64,000 nucleotides of DNA from an uncultured Chloroflexia bacterium (lineage in GTDB: Bacteria; Chloroflexota; Chloroflexia; QHBQ01; JADMIH01). Position 1 is the stretch's first letter; the number at the start of each line of letters is the position of its first letter. The notes beneath the pieces are model-generated. The model ran no database searches and was not told where the DNA came from. It saw only the letters and a program-made list of their open reading frames with translations. Where the stretch lies: contig CAWCNY010000001.1 in assembly GCA_963797095.1 (NCBI GenBank), positions 480,001-544,000 of the forward strand, given 5' to 3'. A program made the translations under genes and the position numbers. Shown here piece after piece: positions 42,556-53,576 of this stretch.

Positions 42556-43680
42556 TTATCTTGTTATTTCACCCGCTGCTTTTCTGACTGCCTTCTCGAG
42601 GTCTCGAAGGCTTGGTCTGGTGTATATCCTGGTGGTGTCCAGGCTCTCGTGCCCAAGGAGTGTAGCCACTTGGTCGAGAGGGATGCCTGCATCAACCAGG
42701 TTCTTGGCGAACGTATGGCGAAGGGTGTGAGCGGTGCAGTTCTCCAGACGAGCTTGATATGCGTACTTCCTCACCAGGTAGTCTATGCCTCGCTCGTTGA
42801 GCGGCCCTCTTTGTCCTACGAAGAGTGGACCTTTGGGCTGCTGGCTTCTGGCTTTACTGGAATTACCTGAAGGTCGCTTACGTCCGGACAACTGTTGCTC
42901 AGGCATTTGCTCAGGGAGTCGGAGTTGCTTTTTGCGTTTCTCGATGTAGCGAAGGAGTGCGGATCGCGTTCGGTTATCCAGGGGCACAACCCTGCTCTTG
43001 CCGCCTTTGCCCTCCCTGACCCGCACTAGCCCCTTGCGCTCGGTGACCTCCACATCTTCAATCCTGAGATTGGCAAGCTCAGAGATGCGAAGCCCTGTGC
43101 CAAGCAGGGTTTGAATGACGGCCAGATCTCGTATCGCGCTACTGATATTACTACCAGTATTGTCATCGCCCCTCTCGCTCCCGCCGCCGTTATCACTACC
43201 CTGATTGGCGCCGGTATGCTTGCCAGCCTGGCCAGATTGGCCAATCTGCTCAGTTTGACTCCCCTTACGCACGGCGCGCAGCAACGCAAGCTGTTCATTA
43301 GCGTCCAGCCATCTTGGGGCGACCTCTTGCTGGCCTTGTTCTCTGACGTAAACCCGCTCCAGCATTTCGAAAGGGCTCTCGTCAACCAGCTTCTGGTGGT
43401 GAGCCCATTTGAAGAAGCGGCGCAGCGAGATCAGCCTGCGGTTTACGGTCGCCGGGCTGACACCTGTTCGCAGCAGGTATCCTCGATACTCGGTAATGTC
43501 TCGCGGATCTACGGCCCGAGGAGAGATGTCCTCGCCGTTCGACGTGCGAAACCAGGCAGCGAAACTCTGTAGGTCTAGAAGATAGGCTCTGGTAGTGTGG
43601 TTGCTCTTGCCCGCAGTTTGCAGATACTCTCGATACTCATCGTACCCTTCAAACCTATGGTTCATATTCGCAGTCATCAC
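42556..43680 (-). CDS. Tyrosine recombinase (Xer/TnpI-like)
   Basis: SAM-like N-domain, TGLRISE, GKGGKSR, HTLRH, LGH, TTRIY. Confidence 0.93.
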   Translation of the reverse strand: MMTANMNHRFEGYDEYREYLQTAGKSNHTTRAYLLDLQSFAAWFRTSNGEDISPRAVDPRDITEYRGYLLRTGVSPATVNRRLISLRRFFKWAHHQKLVDESPFEMLERVYVREQGQQEVAPRWLDANEQLALLRAVRKGSQTEQIGQSGQAGKHTGANQGSDNGGGSERGDDNTGSNISSAIRDLAVIQTLLGTGLRISELANLRIEDVEVTERKGLVRVREGKGGKSRVVPLDNRTRSALLRYIEKRKKQLRLPEQMPEQQLSGRKRPSGNSSKARSQQPKGPLFVGQRGPLNERGIDYLVRKYAYQARLENCTAHTLRHTFAKNLVDAGIPLDQVATLLGHESLDTTRIYTRPSLRDLEKAVRKAAGEITR

Positions 43681-43736
43681 CCTCGTCCTACGCTCAGGTT
43701 AAAGGGTTGGCATCGTCTCGTTTCGAGCCCTGAAGA

Positions 43737-43862
43737 ATTATCTACACAGTTTTTCGGGCGATAGGTGTCGGTTGACGCCAGCCTTCACGCAGAGGATTTT
43801 ACCACACTTGGGAGGAACTGTGCAGATAACGTATCTTATCTGCTGGCATTATCTACATAGTT
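43737..43862. promoter_or_regulatory. Putative dif-like recombination site with accessory repeats
   Basis: TGTGCAGATAA-CGTATC-TTATCTGCTGG (43819-43846) flanked by ATTATCTACA(C/T)AGTT at 43737 and 43848. Confidence 0.7.
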
Positions 43863-44022
43863 CACGGGCTATCCCGAAATGAATTCCAAGCCCTATCAAA
43901 GTGACAGCGATGAACTTGGCACGTTGATGTACTCGCAATCATAGGTAGCCGGGTTTTCCCGAAGGAGGGTACGCACTTCAAAAGGCTGAGTCAGTACCTC
44001 AGAGGTAGTCATCAAGGGATCG

Positions 44023-45114
44023 TCATCGCGCATCCCAAACCCATAAGGTATCGCCAGTACTCGTCGATGCTAAGTACTTTCCATCGGGCGACCAAGCCAT
44101 GCTTGTCAGGGGCGCGTCGTGAGCAAGGGATAGGAGCAGTGCTCCGCTGCCAACCTCCCAGACACTTATTGTGCCGACCTCTCCGACAGCACCAGCCTGC
44201 CCAGCGCCAGCCAAGCGCTTACTATTGGGCGACCACCCAACTGCGATTATATTCCCCACCTGAGTAATATTCCTGGAAATCTGACCGCTGTTCGGATCTA
44301 TGACTACCACGCTATCTTCGCCTGTTGACACTGCAATTGCTTTACCGTCAGGTGACCAACTTACGTCTGGAGCACTTCCGGCAAGTGTGTTGCCCAGTGA
44401 GTTCACTTTGTCGTTCGCCACGTCCCAGGTCACTACTCGTGACTCCTTTAGATCTCCAGTAGTTGAGGCAAAAGCCAGCCGGCTACTATCTGGTGCCCAA
44501 GAAATAGAACCGACAAAGTTGGTATAGGTTATGGTAGCGGTCGGTATCCAAGAGGTAGGATCGTATAGGTATATTGCTCCGCCATCAACTGCAAAGTTCT
44601 GATCTTTGATACGTCCACTCATGGCTACTGCGAGCTGTTTTCCATCCGGTGACCATGCCACTTCTGTTGCGCCGCTACCAGGGTTATCACTAAATACCTT
44701 GCTCTTATTCCTAACGTCCCAGATTTGCAGCTTGTCCGTTGGCTGTAAGGCGGCAACGGCCAGGTATTTTCCATCAGGAGACCACGAGACGCCATGTTTG
44801 TCCGCCTTGAGTGGAAGACTAGCCACAAGGCGTTGTCCCCGAACGTCCCAGATCTGCAATGGGGCGAAGCTGGATGCTACAGCAATTTCGCTGCTGTCAG
44901 GTGACCATGCTAGGGTATTTGGAGATGGACTCTGGCCATCAATCCGAGCAATGAGTTTTTGGCTGGTGGGAGTAGCCATGGGCAGGGTTGTTGCTGTTGT
45001 TACTATGGGCACCGTTGCCGGAGAAATGCTCGCACAGCCTACCAAGAGAATTGCTGCCATTAGGCAAAGGGCTACTTGAAGGAGCACAATTTGGACCGGC
45101 TTCAATCTTATCAT
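44023..45114 (-). CDS. WD40 beta-propeller lipoprotein
   Basis: Lipobox ILLVGC, seven W(S/A)P(D/N) blades. Confidence 0.88.
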   Translation of the reverse strand: MIRLKPVQIVLLQVALCLMAAILLVGCASISPATVPIVTTATTLPMATPTSQKLIARIDGQSPSPNTLAWSPDSSEIAVASSFAPLQIWDVRGQRLVASLPLKADKHGVSWSPDGKYLAVAALQPTDKLQIWDVRNKSKVFSDNPGSGATEVAWSPDGKQLAVAMSGRIKDQNFAVDGGAIYLYDPTSWIPTATITYTNFVGSISWAPDSSRLAFASTTGDLKESRVVTWDVANDKVNSLGNTLAGSAPDVSWSPDGKAIAVSTGEDSVVVIDPNSGQISRNITQVGNIIAVGWSPNSKRLAGAGQAGAVGEVGTISVWEVGSGALLLSLAHDAPLTSMAWSPDGKYLASTSTGDTLWVWDAR

Positions 45115-45340
45115 AGGATGCGTTCCCTTCTCTTACTATCCGCCACAAAGGAATCAGAACCGAGCCGAGCGAGTTACTCAAGACTATGTACTGCAAGCTT
45201 CACGTGGTAAAAATCATGGGCCAGAAACGCCAATCATTCTCGTCCAAATCATGTTTGTGGGTGGGCAGATGCTCAGTGATTAGGATTCACGTAGGGATCG
45301 ACCAGGCATCCGAGTGGGTTCACTGTACAATAACCTTCCA

Positions 45341-46028
45341 TTATCTGTGCTTCTGCTGACAAAGCCAAGGCATGGAAACCTCCCTAATCGTTGGATCTGT
45401 TAAAGGGGTTCTGATCCCCTTCATTTGCAGCAGCCTCACTTGATCAGAAACTCCTCGGAAGAACGTCATTACCAATGCTTCTCGATCATTCATGTAGCTT
45501 CTTCGGGCATCCGCATAATTCGTACCGAAGGTTTCACCCAATTGTTCGGCTACACCGTGAGCTTTCAACAATAGTCCACCATGAGCGTCAAAATTGCCTC
45601 CAAGTTGGTCGTATAACTTGAAAGTTAACGACCATGCGTTTGCCGCTGAATTTAGCATTTGCTGTTCGCTCTTGGAGCCTCCAACCAATGCGACATGCTG
45701 TCCATGGCTTGTAAGGTCGCCCGCTTGAATTGCAAACAGAACGCCAGCGTCCGCCAGTGACGCCCAACTAATACCGTGCGTTCCATTTAGGTCAACAACC
45801 CTTGAATCCCGGAAATACTCTATAACTCCTAGAATAGAGTTGAACATATCTCCAAGCTTCATATATTTCGCAAACGCCTCAAGCCAAGCTATTCGTTCAT
45901 CAGCGGTCATATTGTCAAAATCACTTGTAGTACAGTCAAGGTCCTTATCACTCTCAACCTTACTACTGCAGTGGCCAGTTGGGTCCTTGCGCGTGAGCGG
46001 TGCGTTTACTACATAACTATAACGATAT
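45341..46028 (-). pseudogene. Orphan Rhs C-terminal (toxin-tip) module
   Basis: In frame upstream of the 189-aa ORF: YRYSYVVNAPLTRKDPTGH, the Rhs core-end DPxG motif. Confidence 0.72.
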
Positions 46029-46040
46029 TATGGCTCCTAG

Positions 46041-46437
46041 TACCTTACCAACTAAACATCAACAGTTTTTGACTGAAGGGGATACAAGCGCCTAAGCTTG
46101 ATGCGAGCATCAGCAGTAGTGAAGTGCCACCTGACGGTGGTGTGGGCGTCGTTACGCGACTGCTCCCATGCTCGGGCTTCGCTGACCAGTGTCTCCTTAT
46201 CGGGTATGCGCCGCGAGAGACACTGCAACTGCAATACCGATAGCTCTATCTCAGCCATATTCAGCCAGGAGCCATGCTCAGGTGTGTAGTGCCACTCAAT
46301 TCGTGTGGCGATACGCTCTGCTTCTTCAGGTGCAAACGCTTCGTACAGCACCCAAGGGCCATGCGTGTTGAGGTTGTCTACCACTAGCACAATTACCTCA
46401 GCGTCTGGATAGCGTTCATCCACCATGATGCGTAGCT
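46041..46437 (-). mobile_element. 3' remnant of an IS630-family element
   Basis: [33 protein letters not shown]; cut at the Tn3 IR. Confidence 0.88.
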
Positions 46438-46481
46438 GGGGGTTTTTGCATATCCCCCCAAAACGGTGCATTTGGCTCCGG

Positions 46482-49400
46482 CTATTCCTCTTCCCCTTCC
46501 ACTTCCTCTACTGCAATGATTGGGCGATCGGCAAGTTCTTGCACAACCGCGTCGAGGTCAATGGATTGCGGGCTGGTGGTGAACTCATAGCGTCCATGGA
46601 AATTGATGTGCTGCCACGCCACTGGGGAGATCTGAGCGACCAACTCGGCGCCCGCCATATTCCCAGCAGCTTCTTTGTGTGTCCACAACCCCGATAGAAT
46701 GCTTGTGTTGTAGAAGATGATGCAGTTGGTTATCAATCGACTGCACTCGTGCCACAGCCCTTGATCTTCTGTGGTCCTAAAGCGTAGCTTCCCAAAGTTG
46801 GCGTAGGAGACCGCTCGGCGCAACTGATGATAATTCTCGCCCCGGTTCAGTGCCTTCTGCACGTTCTTGCGTATGAGCGGCGAGTCCACAAAGTCGAGCA
46901 GATACAGACTGCTGATGATATTGTCGTATTCCCACAGAGCCTGGCGAGTTTTGTTTCTCCGAGCGTACGCGTTGAGTTTGCCCACGATGATACTCTGCGT
47001 AGTCGTTTTCAGTGCCAATGAAACGAAGATCCTCCGCAGGTTGTCCCATTCCGCCAGGATCAACTCTGTATTCAGCTTGCGGACCGGTTTGAGGATCACG
47101 TCGCTGTATTGGCTGGGATGCGCAAAGCCATACAATGAGGTGCGCACCTTTTCCTCGATTCCAGCATAGCGCGGAGCAAACTGGTAGCCGAAAATGGAGA
47201 GCAGAGCGAAATTCACCTGGTTGGTCCCGTGGGTATCTGTGGAATGTACTTCGGGCTGAATGTCCGTTGTGTTGTTGAAGAGCAGATCGAAGACATAACG
47301 GCTCTCATGGTCGTGAGCGCCTATCATGTCTGCATTCACCGGCACATGGTTGGCAATCAGCGTGTAGGCAACCACCCCCTTTTTGAGGCCGAAGTACTTT
47401 GGCGAATGACGGGCATTGAATGTAGGCACAGCTGTCTCAAACTTCTGCCCGTCGCTACTCGAATGGACTACACCGCCCAGATCATACTGCCGAAAGATAG
47501 GGAGGGCCGCGATGGCGTTTGCCACACAATCGTTGGCAGCTTTCAAAGTTTCGAGGCGTAGAAAGTTCTCCGAGGTGCGTGCGAGCGTGTAGAAGCCAAT
47601 GTCGGAGATTTCGCCCATCCGCCCCAGGCCCATGTTGGTCCCCCATGCTACAAGGCAGGCACTGATCACGTGGGTGATACGATCATCAACCTCTTGTTTG
47701 CTATAACGCCCGAGAACATGCTCAAAGCAGTCCATGAAGTGGCAATGGCAGTCAACGAAATGGAGCAGACTGGCAATATTGACCTGGCCTAGCGTGTCGA
47801 ACACAGGGTGGTTGATAGGCTCGGTGCTTTTGGGATACTGCAGGGTCCAGCGCGTCCGGGGCGTGCGGCTGCCTCCTCCCTTATCCCTGCTCTTGCCCTT
47901 GATCTGAAAGTGGCTGTTCTCCCCGGCACTGATGCGCGCGTTGACAGCGGCAATACGCTCCTCCAACTGACATTCGAGGTCAGCAAGATGCTCCTGGATG
48001 GGTTGTAACAGAGAGGACAAGCCCGTTTCGGTGAGTAAGGTGGCCTTGTTTTGTTGCCATTCCTGTTCATCAATGAGATCATCCTCAAAACTGCGGAACC
48101 GCACGCTGGTGGGGCAATAGAGATCGCCGGCCTCCAACCCATTGCGTAGTAGCCGATAGACAAGAAACTCGTAGCGGTCAGGGTTGAGTTGTTTGTGGCC
48201 AGTAGCGCCGGTGCCGTTACGGTCGCGATCACGCTGATCGCGGGTATGACGGTGATAGAGGCAGCGTTTGTCTCGAACCGGCATGAAGTGGGTAGGGAAG
48301 TCCACTGCATCTATCTGCCGGAGGGAGCGGTCTTTTTGAAAGGCCATCTTGAGAAACTCTCCTGCCTCCAGAATGGGGGCATTAGCACGGGTGGCCTCAA
48401 GATCGACCGCTCGTAGGATGGGACGTAAATGCTGCTTGAAGCGCCGAGCCATCAGGTCAAGATGCGCCCATTGAAGGTCGGTTTCGTCAAAGCTCGCCTC
48501 CCCTGCAATGTAGTCCGCAACCGCAGCCAAGCGCATACGGTCAAGCATGGTAAAGGCTGTGGCTTGGACATCCCTGAATGAGGTTTCCGGCGCGTAATCG
48601 GTCGTGAAGAGCTTGAGAACCTGGCCGGCCCTGGGCAAGTCCCGGTTGTTTAGCACCCTTTGCTGATAGACCGCTTCCTTGGCGGCAGTTTTGGCTTCAT
48701 CATTGTACTGCTTCACCAGATGAATGAAGCAGGTGAGCAGATTGTCCGAGAAGCACTGATATCGATGGACGATAAAACAGAGCAGATACAAGTACACCAT
48801 CCATGGGTCCAGTTGCTTGAGCCGGAAGACGGAATAGTACGAGACCAAGGAAGAGTAGTAGGTAATGGCTTCGTTGGAGATGCCCAACTGCGGCACGATC
48901 TGCATGGCCAGATGGTATAGCGGAGCGAGTTGCTCGCCGCAGGTTATTTCACGGCGCATTTCTCCCAGGCTGAAGTCTCTGGGCTGATGTTTCAGCAGCG
49001 TGATGGCATAGAGCCCCTCGGTTTCGGCGAGAGCGACGAGTTGGTCGAGCGCTACACACACAGTGGGAGACAACTTTGTCTGAAGCATGGTCATCAAGCG
49101 CTTGGCTTCCGCAGTTAGCGCCTTGCCGACGATCTCCTCCTGGAGTACGGTATAGCCGGGGCTGACAATGCGCTGTTCGGTCAGATAGTGAAGTATCTCG
49201 CGAAAGACATAGACAGGTTTGCTGCTGATGCGAGCGGCCTGTTGGGCACGAAGGAACAAGCGCTTGCGGTCCGTAGGCGTGCAGAGCCGATACTGGAACA
49301 GTTCCAGGATACGCTGCCGCTGTTTGAGGATGGTGCGTTTATTGAGAGGGCGCAGTTTTGGCTGTGGTTCATGTTGGCCATCAGTGCCACTCGACCCACC

Positions 49401-49757
49401 TGGCCTATCTGGCCCAAGTGGGTCGAGTGGCACCCCAGGGAAATAGCGTTGGAGGAGGTGCGTCACATCGTTAGCAACGTCATGAAAGGTAAAGGTGAAG
49501 AAAAGCTGTTTGGCTTTGAAGTAGCCCAGTTGGAGGATGAAGTATAGCTGGACGTGAATGGGTGAAAAGGAAGCGAGTAGGTCCTTCTCGGACTGGGTGA
49601 GCATGAAAGCTTGGATTCTATCGTCTTCAGTGAAGAGCGGTCTAGCGTAGAGGGCCTCGATTTCCTGGTCATCGAGGATGTATAGCCGCTTTGGTGTCTT
49701 GCTGGGCTCGCTGGCCTTGGCCTCACCCACTTCCAGGTTTGTCACAAGATTGGTCAC
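46482..49757 (-). CDS. tnpA: Tn3-family transposase
   Basis: 1091 aa; [20 protein letters not shown]. Confidence 0.93.
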   Translation of the reverse strand: MTNLVTNLEVGEAKASEPSKTPKRLYILDDQEIEALYARPLFTEDDRIQAFMLTQSEKDLLASFSPIHVQLYFILQLGYFKAKQLFFTFTFHDVANDVTHLLQRYFPGVPLDPLGPDRPGGSSGTDGQHEPQPKLRPLNKRTILKQRQRILELFQYRLCTPTDRKRLFLRAQQAARISSKPVYVFREILHYLTEQRIVSPGYTVLQEEIVGKALTAEAKRLMTMLQTKLSPTVCVALDQLVALAETEGLYAITLLKHQPRDFSLGEMRREITCGEQLAPLYHLAMQIVPQLGISNEAITYYSSLVSYYSVFRLKQLDPWMVYLYLLCFIVHRYQCFSDNLLTCFIHLVKQYNDEAKTAAKEAVYQQRVLNNRDLPRAGQVLKLFTTDYAPETSFRDVQATAFTMLDRMRLAAVADYIAGEASFDETDLQWAHLDLMARRFKQHLRPILRAVDLEATRANAPILEAGEFLKMAFQKDRSLRQIDAVDFPTHFMPVRDKRCLYHRHTRDQRDRDRNGTGATGHKQLNPDRYEFLVYRLLRNGLEAGDLYCPTSVRFRSFEDDLIDEQEWQQNKATLLTETGLSSLLQPIQEHLADLECQLEERIAAVNARISAGENSHFQIKGKSRDKGGGSRTPRTRWTLQYPKSTEPINHPVFDTLGQVNIASLLHFVDCHCHFMDCFEHVLGRYSKQEVDDRITHVISACLVAWGTNMGLGRMGEISDIGFYTLARTSENFLRLETLKAANDCVANAIAALPIFRQYDLGGVVHSSSDGQKFETAVPTFNARHSPKYFGLKKGVVAYTLIANHVPVNADMIGAHDHESRYVFDLLFNNTTDIQPEVHSTDTHGTNQVNFALLSIFGYQFAPRYAGIEEKVRTSLYGFAHPSQYSDVILKPVRKLNTELILAEWDNLRRIFVSLALKTTTQSIIVGKLNAYARRNKTRQALWEYDNIISSLYLLDFVDSPLIRKNVQKALNRGENYHQLRRAVSYANFGKLRFRTTEDQGLWHECSRLITNCIIFYNTSILSGLWTHKEAAGNMAGAELVAQISPVAWQHINFHGRYEFTTSPQSIDLDAVVQELADRPIIAVEEVEGEEE

Positions 49758-49838
49758 ACTGCTCCTTCGTTATGAGAGGACAATCGTGTCAGCGCCCAAA
49801 GTCTCAAAAAGTATACAATTAAATCCCGTCCAGATCCC

Positions 49839-51305
49839 GTAAGTGTTCAGACTAATGGTGTAGAGGGTTGAACCAAGAGGAGCATACATTCTGAGAAGGG
49901 ATTGAGACCCTTAGCACGCCAGGTGCCAAACAAGGAGGCCAACGTCATGCGAGTGCGTGAGCCGCGCTCGGATTGAGAGCCGCCTGATACCTTACGCATC
50001 ACCACCACAGGACGTACCGAGCGCTCGGCCAGGTTGTTGTCAGCCGACAAGCCCTCTTGTAGCACGAACTGAAACAGGCTGTCCTGGTGCAGCATCAATC
50101 GTTTGGACAATGTGTGGCATGGGTGAGCACCATGTTCTTTGGCATTTGAGTACCGCCCTGCCAGTTGTGCCACACCTTCAACCAGTTCTATGTAGAGCAC
50201 TTCTCGTTGTTGCTGGGTGGGAGGCCATCGTCCCCAACGACCCTTACCTTTCAAGGCGTTTTGAGCCTGGTCGTACAGCTTGCGTAACTGAGCAGCCCAA
50301 CCCAGCACTGCCTCGTTATCCGGACCCTCTTTGTGCTCTTCTTTCAGCTTATGTAAGTCTCTCAGCAGATGCACCCAGCAGCGTTGGTGCTCACATGGCA
50401 AGTCGTTGTACGCTACATAGAAGTCGGTCACAAGGGTGCCTTTGAACTCTGAGCCGAGTATCCGTTTGACTACAGCCCCTGCTCGTGAGTGGTCATACTC
50501 GTAGTATCGCTCACCATCGGGTGTACAAAAGCACCAGATGTAGCCGTTGTGTCCCCCTTCTCGCCACCCTGTTTCATCGCCATGCACGATAGCACTCTTT
50601 CTCACCCGTTCCTTGATTGACTGGGTAGCCGCTTGCACCTTTTCAGCCCCTGCCACTCGATGCAGCAACTCCACTATCTCTCCAGTGGAGATGGTCAGAT
50701 TGTGCAGGCTCAACAGGTACTCCCTGATGAGGCGGACCGGCATTCTCAATGTGGTACGTAGGTAAGCTATGAGGGAGGCAATGCGTACTCCCATTCTGCT
50801 TTGTCCGATTACCTGTGTGCTCAGGTCAACGTGCGCCTGATGCCACTTCTCACAACGAGGGCACCAACTCTTGTACAACTGGTGCTCGGTAACTTCTACA
50901 GGAAGGGGAGGAGGCAGTTCTATCACCTGACGGCGCTGGGCGATTTGGGGGTGTTGCAGAGGGTAGGCGCAGGTGGGACACTGCTGCACTGTATGCTGTA
51001 TCGTTTGGGTGGGGTTTTGCTCCCGACGACGAGCACCGTTTTGGTCTTTGGCTCGTTTGCGGCGGGGCTGCTTTTGGGCTTTGTCTTTGGGTTTGGCACT
51101 GTTGGGCTTGACGAAGGAAGGTGGTTTGCTCTTGTTCTCTCTGTACTTGTCCAGTTCTGCACGTAGTTGAGCAATCACAGCCAATGCTTGCTCAAGCTGT
51201 TCACGTAGCTGCCTATTCTCTTCCCTCAGCTGGGCAACTTCTTCTTCAACAGTCATGCCCATAGCATATAGTGGAAATTGCTCCACCTCAAGTCTGAACA
51301 CTTAC
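49839..51305 (-). mobile_element. Intact single-ORF IS66-family element (transposase 49847-51301)
   Basis: 15-bp IR GTAAGTGTTCAGACT, 8-bp TSD CAGATCCC; HGDETGW, QRCWVHL, DNNLAERSVR. Confidence 0.95.
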
Positions 51306-51462
51306 CAGATCCCAGCGTCTTGACGCGTCTCATAACATGTCTCATAATCCGATTATCATAGCTTCTTAAGGTTTCTGAGACGACCCCCCTCAGACAATAG
51401 GATAGACAACAGGAGAATCGAAACAACAAAATAGACAGTAGCCCAGAGAACGGGAGCATGTG

Positions 51463-52023
51463 ATGGCGCTGATTGGCTATGCGCGGGTTAGCTCGGCGGG
51501 GCAGAGTCTCGAGGTCCAACAAGATACGCTGAAGCACTGCGACAAGCTCTTTGAAGAGAAGCGCAGTGGTAGTGGCACATCTGATAAACGTCCGCGCCTG
51601 GTAGCCTGCCTGGAATACGTCCGCGAAGGTGATACACTCGTCGTTACCCGACTGGACCGCCTGGCGCGTTCAACGCTGCACCTGTGCCAGATCGCTGAGC
51701 AACTTGCGCGTAAGGGGGTTCAGTTGCAGGTGCTGGATCAGCAAATCAACACCAACGACGCCACCGGACGGCTACTATTTAATATGTTGGGGGCAATTGG
51801 CCAATTCGAGACGGAGATCCGTGCTGAACGTCAAATGGATGGCATTGCGAAGGCCAAAGCGAAGGGCGTGCCGTTTGGTAGGCACAAGAGCCTGACGGAC
51901 CAGCAGATTGCTGATATACGGACCAAACGACAGCAGGGAACGACCATACGAACCTTGATGAAAGAATATGGCGTCTCAAAAGCGACGGTCTACCGCTACC
52001 TTCAGGATCCCGCGATCCCGTGA
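51463..52023 (+). CDS. tnpR: Serine resolvase
   Basis: GYARVSS, VTRLDRLARS, C-terminal HTH. Confidence 0.93.
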   Translation: MALIGYARVSSAGQSLEVQQDTLKHCDKLFEEKRSGSGTSDKRPRLVACLEYVREGDTLVVTRLDRLARSTLHLCQIAEQLARKGVQLQVLDQQINTNDATGRLLFNMLGAIGQFETEIRAERQMDGIAKAKAKGVPFGRHKSLTDQQIADIRTKRQQGTTIRTLMKEYGVSKATVYRYLQDPAIP

Positions 52024-52131
52024 ACCCTAAAATGCACCGTTTTGGGGGGATATGCAAAAACCTCCATATAGCACACGAGCGGATGGGAGTTTCTCGGCTC
52101 ACGATAAATAAGAGATAGAAGGGGGGATTGG

Positions 52132-53421
52132 ATGTCTACTTTGCGGGTAGTACACACGGCCGACCTGCATTTCGGGGTGGAGAACTACGGCCATATGGAT
52201 CCTGATACAGGCCTGTCGACGCGTCTAAGCGACTTCATTCGCACGTTCAACGAGACGATCGACTGGGCTATCGACAAAAAGGTCCATCTCTTCGTGATCG
52301 CGGGAGACCTTTTCAAGAATCGCGAGCCGAACCCTACCGTGCAGCGGGAACTGTCGCGCTGCATTCGTAGACTCTCCAGAGTTGGGATACCTACCTTCAT
52401 TATCACCGGAAACCATGACGTGCCGCATGCCTGGCAGCGAGCCAATCCCATGGAGATTTACTCAATGCTCGAGGTACCGTATGTGACGATTGCGTGGAAG
52501 CCGGGATTACACACCATCGAGACTAAAGCTGGGCCTGTGCAGGTTGTTGCTCTGCCCTGGGTGGCGAGGTCACAACTCACGCTCGACGGAGCAGCGAGAA
52601 ACCTGACGCCGGACGAACTGTCGCACCTAGCCGTGCTACTGATCGAGGATTTCGTCACCAAGATGTCGGCGCAGATCAACAGGTCGCTGCCGGCGATCAT
52701 GGTGGCGCACTGCGCCGTGTCTGAAGCTACCACGTCCACCGAGAGATCAATGATGCTCGGCAATGAGCCGTCAATACCCCGCTCCGTGCTGCTCAACGAG
52801 GCATTCGATTATGTTGCACTGGGGCACGTGCACAAGTACCAGGTTTTAGGGCATGGCAGGCCGATGATGGCCTATCCGGGATCTCTGGAGCGTATCGACT
52901 TTGGTGAAGAGAAAGACAAGAAGGGATTCATCTCGGTCGAGATCGATAAGGTGGGTCAGGGGAGCGGCGACGAGCGGAAGGTGGAACTGGAGTTCCACGA
53001 GGTACAGGCAAGGCGCTTCGTGACACTGGCGATAACAGTCGATAAAGAGGAGCCGACCGAGCAGATCCTGCGCTACCTGGAATCTCATGGAGCCGACCTG
53101 AAGGACGCGGTAGTGCGGCTGATCATAACCGTTCCCAGTGAGGCTGCTTACTCGCTCCGCCGCAACGATGTATACCGGGCGATGCGAGAGCTCGGAGCCT
53201 CGTACCAGGTTGTGAATTTCGATGTGGAGCGGACGTCTCGAACTCGGCTTGGCAATGTTGCCATGTCAAACATGAGCCGGGAGGATCTGCTGAGGTGGTA
53301 TCTGGACACCAAGGGCGCGTCGAAGCAATATGCCGAAGAGGTAGTTACCGAGTACAACGTGCTGTCAGGAGTGCTCGATGAAGAAAGAAGCTGGGCGGCG
53401 CTGACGCCGGCACATCAATAG
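52132..53421 (+). CDS. sbcD: SbcD/Mre11 nuclease
   Basis: HTADLH, AGDLF, GNHD, ALGHVH, YPGS. Confidence 0.93.
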   Translation: MSTLRVVHTADLHFGVENYGHMDPDTGLSTRLSDFIRTFNETIDWAIDKKVHLFVIAGDLFKNREPNPTVQRELSRCIRRLSRVGIPTFIITGNHDVPHAWQRANPMEIYSMLEVPYVTIAWKPGLHTIETKAGPVQVVALPWVARSQLTLDGAARNLTPDELSHLAVLLIEDFVTKMSAQINRSLPAIMVAHCAVSEATTSTERSMMLGNEPSIPRSVLLNEAFDYVALGHVHKYQVLGHGRPMMAYPGSLERIDFGEEKDKKGFISVEIDKVGQGSGDERKVELEFHEVQARRFVTLAITVDKEEPTEQILRYLESHGADLKDAVVRLIITVPSEAAYSLRRNDVYRAMRELGASYQVVNFDVERTSRTRLGNVAMSNMSREDLLRWYLDTKGASKQYAEEVVTEYNVLSGVLDEERSWAALTPAHQ

Positions 53422-53576
53422 TAGACATTAGTAGACATTGGGGAATCGGGGCACGAGGTACTAAGCACGAGCAGTCGGAAGCGAGTTGTGTAGACAGCCG
53501 GGATGTGTGCGTTCCAGACGTGACGCAGCCCCATATAGTTGCGTAGGCAAGGGAAAAAGGAGAAAGGGAGAGAGCC

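Larger units (their letters stand above)
46438..52065 (-). mobile_element. Tn3-family transposon
   Basis: 36-bp IRs GG(G/A)GGTTTTTGCATATCCCCCCAAAACGGTGCATTT; divergent tnpA/tnpR; flanks TAGCT / ATATA are not duplicated. Confidence 0.92.
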
